Source: Penicillus capitatus (taxonomy: Eukaryota; Plantae; Chlorophyta). Taken from it: a stretch of DNA of 51,000 bases. This document shows positions 34,546 to 46,620 of this stretch, one piece after another. The stretch spans positions 1-51,000 of the forward strand of contig OZ287701.1 of assembly GCA_965649825.1 (NCBI GenBank), read 5' to 3'. A model generated the notes under the pieces. It was not told the origin of the DNA. It saw nothing but the letters and a program-made list of their open reading frames with translations, and did no database searches. Made by a program: the position numbers and the translations under genes. The number at the start of each line of letters is the position of its first letter. Position 1 is the stretch's first letter.

Positions 34546-35995
34546 TCATTCAATCACGTCTGGAAAGATAAGTTTTCGGCAATTGTTGGGCACGGCCTCC
34601 ACAGGACAGTAAGGACACTTGAAGGGACGATTCTTCTGTTTTGCGATCTTCGTAATGGAGTGCTCACACAGAACGTGTCCGCATGACATGAGCATGGGAG
34701 GATTTTCGCAAGAACTCTGGTCTTTTGATACGGGACAGGCAAAGATGGAATGAAACTGAAACTCTCTGCCCAGTTCGACCTCCAGCGGCAGCTGGGAGCA
34801 TTGTTTGATATCGTGTCCACTGCTTTCCATGACATGGGCAAGACGCAGCAATTCCGGCAGAACAACCGATCCTGCAGCCGTCGTCACCAGCAGAGGACTG
34901 TGATGTGCCTACATCCCTCAAAACACCCGTCGCATTTGATGCGGATGAAAGAGTGATATGTGTGACCTGACCGACCAAGTTGCATGCTTGTTTGACAAAA
35001 TCGGTTGCCACTTCTTCCCATTGTTCATCGTAGGTGTCCTTGTAAGGTGACTTGCCACTCGCATGCTTGGCATAGATCAGATGGCCTGCCAAGCGCTGAA
35101 TCTCTGGCATGTGATCTTTGGTAAAGTGCGAAAAATGTGTCTTGCAATAATGCAGAGCCTCTCCCTGTCCTTTCGACTTGAGAGTGTGCAGGAATGCAAG
35201 GCGATGCAGTTGAAACTCAAAACGCGATGGGCTGCCGTCCTTTGAAATCTTGTCTCGATGCTCTTCCGCCCACTTCAGTGCAGGTCCCAAGTTACGCGCC
35301 CGAATCTGGACCATTCATTGTGTGTTCCCAAAGAACGACGCATCAAAAATGGTGAGCACTTCTTTGAGGATAGACTGCAATCGTTCGTAGCTCCTTTTGA
35401 TTTCTAAGGGCTCTGGAATGCCGGCTTCTCTGGCATAGATCTCGCCGACTTCAAACTGTCCTTCCTTGAACAAATGCTCCACAATCACCTAAAGTACTGT
35501 CATCCCGCACACCATTCTCACTCAGATTCACCTATCACCTGTTTCAACGACATCGGGTCAAAGCTCAGTTCACGAGTCGAAAGGCTAATGTCTGGGAGGA
35601 AGTAATTGTCGACAACCTGTGTTGGCAGACCACACGTGTGAGCAACATGGCGGCCATGGGGGCTGTTCTGGATAAACTTTGCCGAGTTTTGAGATGGCAG
35701 CATGTAAATCCCTCGTGTCTTTGTTCATACTCTTGAGCCACTCTTCGCTTTCTATCGCTGTTTGCAATTGCTCCAGTTCGCGTTTTGCGGCTTCGACATC
35801 TCGGCCGTCTCCGCGTTGCATGCGCTGTTGGGCTTCGCTCACCAGAACAATCAGCGATTGGAGAGACGCCGCTGTATTCTCGGCGCAAATGCGCTGCTTC
35901 TTTACGATACGCGTGGCGTCCTCGTGCGCTGCTTGAATCTCGCCATTCATTGCGGAAAACCGACCAATGATGCGTTTGTTTCCAATAAATGCCAT
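34546..35995 (-). CDS. RMD5: CTLH/GID complex E3 subunit RMD5/RMND5 (LisH-CTLH-CRA-RING)
   Basis: ALKWAEEHR…FEFQLHRLAFL, LPLEVELGREFQFHSIFACPVSKDQ…NPPMLMSCGHVLC…FKCPYCP. Confidence 0.93.
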
Positions 35996-36734
35996 TCAAC
36001 AAACGGCAGGACAGCTCTTTGTAGCAGTGTTCTGCGAATGTCGCTTCAAATGCCGACAGAGAAACCCGCAGTAATGCGATGACGAAGCATTGCATGTGAT
36101 GACGACCACGATGACGAGGATCGCTGAAAAGTCAACGCAACGGATGGCTCTCAATGCAAGTCGGATGTGTCATTGATCTTGAACACCCCCGCTATGTCCA
36201 CGATTCGCTATCTCAGAAGCACGCTGCGACGTATGCTCTCATGGTGCGTGAACTCGAATCGCCGTCCCGCGACAAGAGAGACGAAATGCAAAAGGTTCCG
36301 GGCACGCGAACAACCCAGACGGGCATCTCTTATGTTTTCGTTCCATTTCTTACATCATTCCACGACACACATTTGTCTGAGGACTGCGAGTTGTCATGTC
36401 TTTTTGTGACGGTCGCCCATTTTGCCGTAAGGTATTTTTGAGCTTTCCCATCTCCTTGAGTTTAAGGGCTGTGGGACTACTCTACTTTATGTATCTGTTT
36501 GTCTGAGTATTCGGCAACGCTGTTCAACCTGAAATGCGTCCAATCCGAAGCGCTTTGCATTCCACTCTTCTATTCCTACGATCTACTGTCAGAACTTGAT
36601 GTTCGGTTCGTTCACGCTTTGTAAGAGGGATCGAGGAGATCATTCTCAAGATCCCTGATCCCTTTCCTGTTTTTCATTGAAGTCGTAAAAACGATCTTAC
36701 CACGTTTCTTTTTAGATTCGACCATTGCTTTCGG

Positions 36735-37250
36735 TCAACCATCGAAATTCTCCACTTTTATAACTTGACATTTCCCAGCTAGCTGTACGATATCAGAAGA
36801 GTTGACGGTGCCACGCTCTGCTTGAGTACAGCTTTTGAACATCTTTTCGCATTTAGAAGCTCTGTGCTCGTCGTTTAAGCCCTGAACATTCTGCTCTTTG
36901 AGGTCAACGAGGTACTTCGCAAGACAACAGCGCGTTTCGCAGCTTCTTCGTTTGGCGCCACTGCGTCGTGAACTCATGTGTCGTCTTCGATGGATCTTCG
37001 GCCACGTATTTCTCGTCACTGCCGTCCTGTCAAAGTCCCAACAATTGGGAAAATCCCATCGGCGATGCTATGGCTGCAAGTAGGGAGCAGTGAAGAAGGG
37101 GATCGCACGACAACATTCATCTCTGTTTTATCTTTAACTAAACGGACTGTATACGAGCTATAACTGCTAAAGAAAGAAAAATCGTCGGCGCGACTAAGAA
37201 TGGGCAACACTAAAAGGACAAGGGCGTAACGGATCGCGTCCTTCTGACGT
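36735..37250 (-). CDS. Possible small secreted Cys-containing protein (tentative splice model)
   Basis: Signal-like IRYALVLLVLPILSRA|DDFSFF…; candidate exons DGSDEKYVAEDP…LLSCE|GLNDEHRASKCEKMFKSC…KCQVIKVENFDG*. No ATG assigned. Confidence 0.3.
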
Positions 37251-37620
37251 CAAGAAAACTGCCAATCGCGCTCCGAGGTGCAAGAAACGAGTTTTCCGCT
37301 GCGACATAGAAAACTAGGTGGGCAGGCGCCCAGGTACCTATGTACACAAACGATCGAAGAAAGCCGTTCGTTTGAACAGCGATCGTTTCTGTAACGTTCT
37401 ATTCTCCCGTTGTTACATCGTTGTCTCTTTTGCCTCCATCCATGTCGACCACATTTCGTAGCGTTTGTACACGAGATAAGTCCATACAAAAACAGCGAAA
37501 ACGAAGTGAGATAATGATCGTTGAAGGGTCACAGCTATGCACATGGATGACAAAGGAGAGAGCAAACGTGTGTCCAAAAGTCACAGCGTGCAGTTTTGCA
37601 ACGAATGTTTAACGAGAGTC

Positions 37621-38106
37621 TCAAATCGCCGCCGCAACCGAACGGCAAGTCTCGCAAGTTTGAGAGCCTCCTTGCGCATAGAGCCAACATGTTTTTGATT
37701 CAATAGAGAACTGCATGCTTCTGCATTTCGTCAGGCTTTGACATATGGCGCAGCAGAGACTGGGTGTCAAGCGCATGGACGAGCGTAGATAGAAGGCAGA
37801 CCCCGGAACAGTTCCGCGTTCGAATACTCGGTTGCAGCTCGCAGGAACGTCTTCCGGGCCGAACTCTTCCCTTTCAATTTTGTCCACAATATCATTCGCC
37901 TTCTGACTCGCTCTGCGACTGTTCTTTGCAAGTAGCGAACGGCTTTCGAAACTATTCGCTTCTGAAAGCCATGCGTCATCTAGGGAACAGTTTCACTTAG
38001 GTATACGTAAACGGAACCGCGGTGCACCTGTCAGCGTCTTTGCCTCGGCTAACAAGCACAGAGAACAACAGACTACGGCGACAAAGAGCTCCAAAGGACA
38101 TCGCAT
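37621..38106 (-). CDS. Small secreted PAN/apple-domain protein (2 exons, ~145 aa)
   Basis: Signal peptide MRCPLELFVAVVCCSLCLLAEA, 48-nt intron 37980-38027 (gtgcac…ctaag…tag), then C…TPSLCCAICQSLTKCRSMQFSIESKTCWLY, the PAN/apple C-x3-C-x5-C…C-x-L pattern. Confidence 0.72.
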
Positions 38107-38414
38107 TTTATGAACTGTTTCTGTCTGTCTATGTCAACAAGAAGCAGCAGATATCGCGTGCCGCAGAGGACGACCGAGCTGCCTAAGCGATTACGTTACG
38201 AAATTCAGAATGGACCTGAGATATTCACGTGCAGAGTGCTAACCGGTCGGTAAAGCGTTACCGTCCATTGCTCGACAGTTGCCGAGAGCGTACGGAGATT
38301 CCATAAACAGATTTCTGCTTTTATTCCGTACGGCTGTCTGCTGTGGGCTGACTCATTTGATGTGACACTTACTTCCGAATTCGCCGCGTTTCGAGTAACG
38401 TTGCGGGGCGTTGA

Positions 38415-39400
38415 ATGCAGCACTGGCCAGCAAAAAATAGTCGCACATCTGCTCAGCCTCATCGGTCGCGACGTTGCCCAAATCACAAGTCCTTGCGCAA
38501 GTGGACGCAAGTGGCGCGCAATGGAAAAACACTGACGCATGTGTTGCGAGATCCTCAAACGAAAGAGGTGCTACCCCTCCACAAGCAGAAAACTCTGTTT
38601 GCCGAGGTCTATGAGAAGAAAACTAAGGATACGACAGATCTGAAAGATCTTATGACGGTCACGTGTTGCCAAGAAGACAAAGCTGCGGACGATGTCAGCG
38701 TCTTATGCATACGTGTGGATGAAAATGTCACATCGGACGATGGGACTGAGTGACTTTCAACTGTTGCGTCAGACCCGTACATTAGATGCGTCTGACGCAA
38801 TGTAAGTTTGACATTACTTCGCGCGATTCGTCTGTCTCGTTTCCGTAGCGTCGAGCTCTGCGTCTTGGTCGGCCCACCATGACATGTGCCCACAACAAGG
38901 ATGATGCGACAGGACGAGATAGACTGGATGGTCCAACTCGGAAACTTCCGCTTCTGTTTGACAGGGTAGGAGTACGGCGAAAAGCGACGTTAAAATTGAG
39001 GACACGGTTCGTTATCGACGGAGTCGTATTCCTCAGATGTGCCATGCGCCTAGGATCGCAATCGTTAGGCCCGGGTTTACAAATCAGTCGTTCAAGCGAC
39101 CAAAAGAGTGATTGCTACTTCCGGGTGGGCGATGCAATCCATCTGTCAGCGCAACTCGCAGCTCACGGTCCATGTTTAGACACTAATCACGACGACGCGA
39201 ACTTCCGCTTCGCTTTTGCGGTGCAGCATGACTCACCTGATGTGACATTTAAAAGTACGCCGCGTTCCGAGAAACTTAACGAGACGCTAGTGGAGACCCC
39301 TTACAGGAATGGCCCCGAACAGAAACTTCGAAGTTTGTATCTCGAGGAAGAAAGAAAAGACGTCCAAAACAACACGGTCATTCATGTGTGCACGTCGTAA
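38415..39400 (+). CDS. Hypothetical protein(s), unresolved
   Basis: Two ORFs of 112 and 173 aa with plausible composition and possible GT-AG sites; no family recognised. Confidence 0.25.
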
Positions 39401-39479
39401 GAGGTTTTCGATATCGATTGTATTTTGAAAAAGACGCACTGCAAGAGAACTGCGATGAAACATTGTTCTGTATCCAAAA

Positions 39480-39551
39480 CGCCGCTGCCGGGAATCGAAC
39501 CCGGGTCACCTGCGTGACAGGCAGGTATACTAACCGCTATACTACAGCGAC
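39480..39551 (-). tRNA. trnD-GTC: tRNA-Asp (anticodon GTC), intronless
   Basis: GTCGCTGTAGTATAGCGGTTAGTATACCTGCCTGTCACGCAGGTGACCCGGGTTCGATTCCCGGCAGCGGCG: 72 nt, acceptor, D, anticodon (CTGTCAC loop) and T arms (GTTCGATTC) all pair; plant-type tRNA-Asp. Confidence 0.97.
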
Positions 39552-40107
39552 AGTTGATATGGAGAGGCTGAGAGCGTATGCCTTTCTACCGTTTGGTCAG
39601 GAGCCGATTGCTGCATTGAATCCTAACTCTGAGCTGGCTATGAATGCTGTCGTGTAGCGAAAACACATAACGAAGAACTGAAAAGCTCAAAGCAATCCCG
39701 ATTCTTGTTTGATCCCAGCAGAGCCACATCAACGATGCAAGCACAGCACGAGAATGCTACAGCGGTTCAAGAGAAATCACTGTTAGATGTGCATCGATGC
39801 CTCACCTTCGCCTAGGGACAGACTCTATGCGAATGCGCATTCCTTGATGAATTCAGTAAAGAACGAGGCAGCATGGACCATCTAAAGAAATCTGCATGGT
39901 ATGCTTGTAATTAAGGATGATAGAAACATTGCATCAGGAAACCAGAGAAATGACAAATTCCAGCCACCGCTCGCAATCAGAGAAACAAAGATAACTTAAA
40001 AGCGTGCTTAGTGCATTGCATGACTCAATGTCGAAGCATAAATGCGTTTCGCATGCTATGTCACTGCGTGCTCGGTGGATTTGAAAACATCGACACGCGA
40101 ATGGATC

Positions 40108-42174
40108 TCATCGGAAGCAAGAACAGCAAGAGATGTGCACAGTACGAGAAAAAACGTCCTCCTTGAACAAACACTGTCTTCTTTTGAAAATGTGGCCAGC
40201 TAGACATTTCTCTGTGACTCTATACGAATTCGATCCCATTGACGATCTAGAACACTCTCCAATTAGACTGGGCGAGATCTCGATCGTGTAGACCTCTCTG
40301 AACTCTGCATCACTGACGCGAGCACATCTAGCTATAAAATGAAAAACGGGCAGCAGTTTTGTTGAGGACATGCTGCGACCGCATGATCTCGCAAATTCCT
40401 CTGTTCCATGAACGACCTTGTCAAGAAACCCTTTTTGCAATGTCCCTCCGTTTTCCAGCAGATCTTTCGTCTGTCATCCGAATCGCAGCACGCTTCGCAC
40501 AAAATCCGTATCATGTATATTTTTACCTTCTTCACGATAAAGAAGAGGTCGGGATCTGCTCGTCCAATGTGTTGGACGAGATGGCAGAGGTTCGTGTAGA
40601 AATGCACAGCGGCTGGGATGTCGGATGCCTTGAAGTCGGTGGCCTTGAAGCTTTTGTTCATCCTCTTTGATCGGAATCTGTTCTGTGAGCGAACCGTCTT
40701 GGTCCAAACATCGATCGGCAACGCATCTGCAATGGCCTCGATCACACCCGTCAAAGACGTGTGGCTTTGCCTGAATAGATCGGGGCCGATTTCACCAATT
40801 TTCCCGACTCCATTTGTTCGAGGATCAATTGAAGGCAGAACGATTTAAGCAGAAAAGATGATTGGACGCGGTGGAGACTGCCTTGACGATCCTGTAGCGA
40901 TTTCTGCAGTTTCGCAGCCGCTTTTTGATGAATCTACTCCCAGACTGGTGAGATCGCCGAAGGCTGAACCGGAAACCCACTTTGTCGTTTTCATTTCTCC
41001 ATGATGATACTCGGGTGTCCGATTCGATTTCGCTATCGATGGTGTCGACGACAGCCCTGTTAAACCACCCCGTCGGTTCTGTTCGCTGTCATTGGATACA
41101 GACCCTCTATGGATGGAACGTTGGGTTTCTCTATCAACGGTCTGTCTAACTGGCGATGCGTTTGTTCCTGTGCAGACAGTGAAGACGGGTGCATTTGATT
41201 TGAACCACCACTTCGATCGTAAATCACGCGGACGTCTTTCCCCCAGTCGTTGATGCGCGTCGTCGAAAAGAACGCGCTGTCGTTCTTCAAGTGTCCCACT
41301 CTAGACGCGACTCAAAGCCGCAAGATTGGTACGACGATATCTCACTCGGACGTCGAGCAGTCGAACTCAACCTTGCGATCGAACAGAGCACGTTGTCTGC
41401 GCGTCATGGACGACATCAACGCATCCTAAAGATAAGAAAAGAGTGGCGATGGTGGAAAGGAGAGCATGTATCTCTGCTCGACTCTGTTTAGACGAGAAAT
41501 ACTTGTGGAAAGCGCGAGATCGTCGCCCGGGAACGTGGTCGTGGTGATGTCGATGGCCGTGAACACGCATTAAGTCTTCGGGAAGGAGACAGCCCAGTCT
41601 CTCTCGATGAGATTGCCCGCTCTGGTTTCCTCTCTCCATGAGGATCATTGCGAGACGCGTCACAACGAGCTGCGCCATACCGAGGCGGTGCTGTTCTCGG
41701 TGGTCTACGAAAGGATGCTTCTACCTGAAGGCGGATCTCGCAATGGAACGCCGACAAGAAAGCAGGCACTTCATTGAATCGGCCACTGCACTTGTGTGGG
41801 GTGCATCGAGATGTCCAGACATCTCTCTCTTGCTTCCCGAGATCATCTCTGGCAGCTTGCAGAGGTTCCCACACGCGAGACCATGTCTCGTCTGTTGAAC
41901 TGCACATTTTTGGTCAAGGCCAAAAGGCAGTTCGTGCACCTTCGATGTCTTTGAAAGTGCGGAAGTTGTTCTCGTCTCCATGCCTTGCGACACCCGTTGT
42001 CGCCTACTGTCTAGGAAACCTTGTGCAGCAGGTGAATGGATGCTGAACTTGTCGAAAGGAATCGCGTAGCCGGCCGCGATATCTTATCGATTTGCTTCTG
42101 TATTGTCGCTGCAGCGAGCGCGCTGCAATATTTGCCATGTTTCCGTTGTCTTTACGTAATGTTCGAGTTTCCAT
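40108..42174 (-). CDS. Hypothetical multi-exon orphan protein (structure tentative)
   Basis: Protein-like open stretches joined by candidate introns: TDETWSRVWEPLQAARDDL…, QRALFDRK…, SGTLEERQRVLFDDAHQRL…, LTGVIEAIADALPIDVW…KIYMIRILCEACC. No family recognised. Confidence 0.35.
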
Positions 42175-42561
42175 TTTCAGTTGTTGGAGGAAACGGTCAC
42201 GACGTCTCCAGGAATCTTATCGACACGCATGCTTTGTTTTTGCCGTCCATGTTGCCTCGTTGTGCACGAGGAACGCCAAACGTCAGTCAGCACTTGGATA
42301 GATAGCTCCCCTTGAAGAGGATTCAGTTATCCGCTTATCCAATCGCAATTCGACCGTTGTAGTGCTACGACGAAGCAAACCGTAGAAATCGCATCGATTA
42401 AATACTTAAGCAATTTCCTAAGATTCTCCCTCTATTTGCGGCAGCTAGCTGTAAGGAGCGTGGTGGTTTATCAGGAAGGTGAAAACGTGTACGCCTTTCT
42501 ATTGCCGAGAACTGCACATTTCAAAGTGGAGCGGCGTTGGGCGACATTTCTCATCGAGGGC

Positions 42562-45500
42562 ATGCATCAACCGAAGGGCGCACTCCGAAGGCGGTATTCG
42601 AAGACGCCCAGCATGAATCTGGACGTCAGACAGAGGGTTGCATCCGTAAGAACGCGTTCTGTTTGTGTGTATCCATCGGGGAGAAATGCCACTAGATATG
42701 TGCTCCACGTCCAGCGTCCTTTCACGAGTGTTTGGAAGCGGCACTGAGTAGACCGGGTGAAATACAATGGGGAGGCGTACAAGATATGGTCCAAGTGCTC
42801 GTACAGGAGCTCATTTCTCCGCATGAAGCACTCAAGACTCTGAAACCCTACCTTCGCAGCAACATGCCAGCCGTTGTCCTGAAGATACTGACTGTTGGGG
42901 CATATCATGTCCAACACGTCGTGAAATGCTGTGCTGTGCTGCATAGATCGTGGATGCCCTTATTTTCAACTGCGGGGAGCGGATATACGAAGCAATGTTG
43001 TTGGACAAGTGGAATTCGCGAATTGCTCGATTAACTTCGCATGCAGATAATAAAGTTAAGCACGCAGCGTTGCAGCTTATTTCAAATTATGCTCAATCAT
43101 ATAAGTGGGTGTCATTCCCTATCGCCTTCTGTTGATCACCCTGAGCTTCTGTGCAGTGGGACTTCTTTTGGAGATGTATTTGCAGAGATCGCAGTTTCAT
43201 TAACCACGAAGGGTTTCATACTTCCAGTGGCCGCCCCTGCCAGTATAAACTTCAAAAAGAAGTCCATTGATTCGGCCAATGTTGATGAGGTTTTTACAAA
43301 AGGCATCGATTTTCTTCAGTTTCCGTATCCAGATTCATCCACATCCGAAAGCACTAATACAGACGAAGAACAGTTTCCTGAACCTGATGACATCTCGCTT
43401 ACGGTACAGCGCCTTTCGTTTGCCATGCGATCCGACTCTTTCTGACGGGTGCTTGCATGTGTGCTATGGTAGATCCAGAAAATAGACGATGACGTTTCCA
43501 AGTTGATGGACGCCATATCTCAATGTCACCATATCACCAAGACGTTCAAAGTGGGGGGATGTACACGCAAAGAGATACTAGATAGGCTGAACATGGCCTG
43601 GGTGGTAGCAGAAAAGTGTCACGTATGGTCGGAAAACATGCAGGTACATCTTAGCTCGTGTTGGTTGGATGGAAACTACGGTTACCATAGGCCTTTCTGA
43701 CGAAGGATTTGAGTCATGATGACCTTACGGCACTTTTGAGGACGAACGACAAGCTCCAAGAGGGTTTGCGTTCATGGGAAGGGCTCGTATCGATGGATAT
43801 CGTCAACAGCGGACACTCAGACAACGACAGCCATTCTTCGACGGACGGAACAAAGTGGGGCCTCAAAGCGCGACACGTTGCCGATTCCGCCATCGACCAA
43901 GACCAATCACCAACCGACGAAGTGGAGAGATTGAAGGTTGAAAACGAGGGATTGCGACAATCCCTGTCAGATTTGGAGGCGGCGCAGCAAAGAGAGATGC
44001 TCAAAACCGACGCAGACTACCGTAGCTCCTTGAAAGACGTCAAAAGCAAAGCGGCGAGTCGCATTAAGGATCTGCTGAGACAGGTAGACAACGGATATCC
44101 CTCTCTCGCCACCCCCACGTCGCGCTTCTTCAGATCGCAGACTACGAGTTGAGAGAGAAGCGATTGAAGCGAGATGCCGAGGATGCCCTTCTCAAACTCA
44201 AAACTGCTGACGAGGCGTTGCTCGATAAGGATCAAGAGACGGACCGACTTGAAGGTGCACTCGAATGTCCAAGCTCCCGTGTTGACGGACAGGTCTAACG
44301 CGGCTTTAATGCTTGTAGTCGAAGCGGCAGACATTCGAGAAGAACTCGAACGACGGGTAGAAGAGGCGCGACAGTGTCAGCTGGAAATCGAAAGCCAGTT
44401 GCAGGAGAAGACGGCCCAAGCTGCTGACCTTATTGTTCAGCTCACTAGCAAACAAGGTGACGACTTAGTAATGACGACCTGACCGACTAACATCATCGTG
44501 TCTCAGATGAACTCGACGCTGAGAGAGCGAAGGCACGCGCCGACGCTGCGAATTATCTTGCTAAAATCGAGCTGCTCACAAGACAAGTCGAAAAGATGAC
44601 GCGGGAATCTCAGCAGGTTCGTGCGGCATGGCATCTCGCTTGTTGATTGAGAGGCGACATGTGGGTGGCAGCTAAGAATCGAGGAATACGAACAGAAGAT
44701 GGCCAATCTGAAGCTGGAGCTGAAACGCGAAAGCATTCTTCGGAAGAAAGCTTTCAACCACATTCGCGAACTGAAGGGCAATATCCGTGTCATTGCACGC
44801 ATCCGACCCGTCCGGGACGGAACACCCGAGGATGAATTGGCGATTCGGGTGAGTGAGACCCTCATCGACTGAGTGACCGAAACGCGAGATTTGGATGACA
44901 GATGCACGACGACTACACCATCGAACATCTGTCCAAGTTGTCGGCGTCCGTAGGCGCCCCCCGTCGCGATGCCGAAGATGGCGTGAAGCGTTACGAATTT
45001 GATGCGTGCTTTGGACCAAAAGCGACACAGAATGAAGTGTATGCCGAGACGCAGGGCTTGATCCAGTCAGCAATGGACGGATACAATGTCTGCATCTTCT
45101 GCTATGGTCAGACTGGCTCCGGTAAGACGCACACTCTCACAGGCAAGCCTTCCCTTTCATTCTTTGAGCCTTCAGTCGATGTAGCATATGTTTTGTTATT
45201 ATGTGTGTTTGCAGGGTATGAACAGAATCCAGGTATCGTTCCTCTCTTCATGGAAGACGTATTCAATTCAGACAGTAGCGTGCAGCAAACATCCGTCAGT
45301 TGCTACATGTTGGAGCTTTATCAAGTACGTCGCAGCTTCCGTTGAGATGGCTGATCATCACGTACGTGTGTCGGTTACGGTTAGGATGATTTGTTGGACT
45401 TGCTCAGTCCGACTTCAAGAAAGGGCAAGATGAGTATACGAACGGATGCGGAGACGGGTTTGGTGTCAGTCAAAGGAGCAACACAAGTGGACGTTTGTAA

Positions 45501-46118
45501 CGCCGCAGAGTTGAAATCAGCATTTGATGCGGGAATCAAGAGAAGAAAGACAGCCACCACTCGCTGCAACATCAGCTCATCAAGATCTCATTTGATTTTC
45601 ACAGTTTTATTGGAGAGAGTGCATGTGATTACCGGGAGTCACACGAAAAGTAAAATCACGTTTGTAGACTTAGCAGGGTCCGAACGGGTAGTAAAGTCTG
45701 GCGCAGTCAATGACAAAGAGCGTCTTAATGGTTTGTCGCATCTCACTCTTTGGATGCTTAAGTGTGATGATCTGTAGAGGCCAAGGCAATCAATAAGAGT
45801 CTATCCGCTTTGGGTGATGTGGTGTCTGCTTTAACGTCGCAAGAGTCCTTCATTCCTTACCGCAATCACAAGCTCACAGAGCTGATGCGCGATTCCTTGG
45901 GAGGCAGTGCCAAGACCTTGATGATTGTGAACATCTCTCCGCTTCCCTCGGATGCAAGAGAGACGCAGAACACTCTGGATTATGCTCAGAGGGCAAAGCA
46001 AGTGACGAATGAGAATTCGAGGTCCTACGAGACGAGAGAGCTTGCTCGACTGAAAGCCATTAATGAAAAGCAAGCACGGGAAATCCAGCAGCTCAAGGCC
46101 TTGGCAGCCAAGACGTAA
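42562..46118 (+). CDS. VHS-GAT-coiled-coil-kinesin-14 (KCBP-like motor) fusion protein, 14 exons, ~944 aa
   Basis: Exons 42562-42645, 42696-42893, 42947-43104, 43157-43403, 43473-43643, 43691-44083, 44134-44254, 44319-44456, 44507-44616, 44672-44848, 44902-45142, 45215-45324, 45385-45730, 45778-46118 (sum 2835 nt, no internal stop). Motor motifs [70 protein letters not shown]. Confidence 0.88.
45143..45214 (+). other. GC-AG intron (72 nt, in frame) just after the kinesin P-loop
   Basis: …ACA G|gcaagc…tttgcag|GG TAT GAA; removal restores the canonical GKT..T.G…PG spacing. Confidence 0.7.
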
Positions 46119-46620
46119 TTTTTTCTATGGTGCATGTTTTCAACTTCTTTTCTATGTTCATATTTGCACCCTCACATACACCACCAATTCGCCTCCACCT
46201 CAAAATCACGGACACCTTTCCCTTTTCAAGCCATGGAAAGGGCCGACGTATTATTTAATTGATCGACATGTGTGTGTGAACAGCTCTGTCGTCTCTTTCG
46301 TGGTCAGATGATGCTTTGACTCCAATTTTCTGATTAACTTAGATTGTTTGCTTGTTTGATGATGTTATGACTCCGATCAACTCTGATTCTTTTGTACTTG
46401 TAATGTGCAAACAGACGGTACACATTTACTAAAGTGTATAGACACGCATCGGCGCCTCGCTATTCGCTCGACTCTCGCCTGCGAGTCACTTCGGCGCGTC
46501 GTATAAACACAGTCGATGCCGAACACCGCGAACCGTAACGCGGCCATGATTTGAGATGGCAGAAATGGAAGAAATGATTGCGTGCGTTATCCGCTCGCGG
46601 CTGTCAGAACTTCAGTAACG

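Noticed and set aside
39388-39657. 89-aa plus-strand ORF
   Set aside because: It spans the antisense of the tRNA-Asp gene; no independent support.
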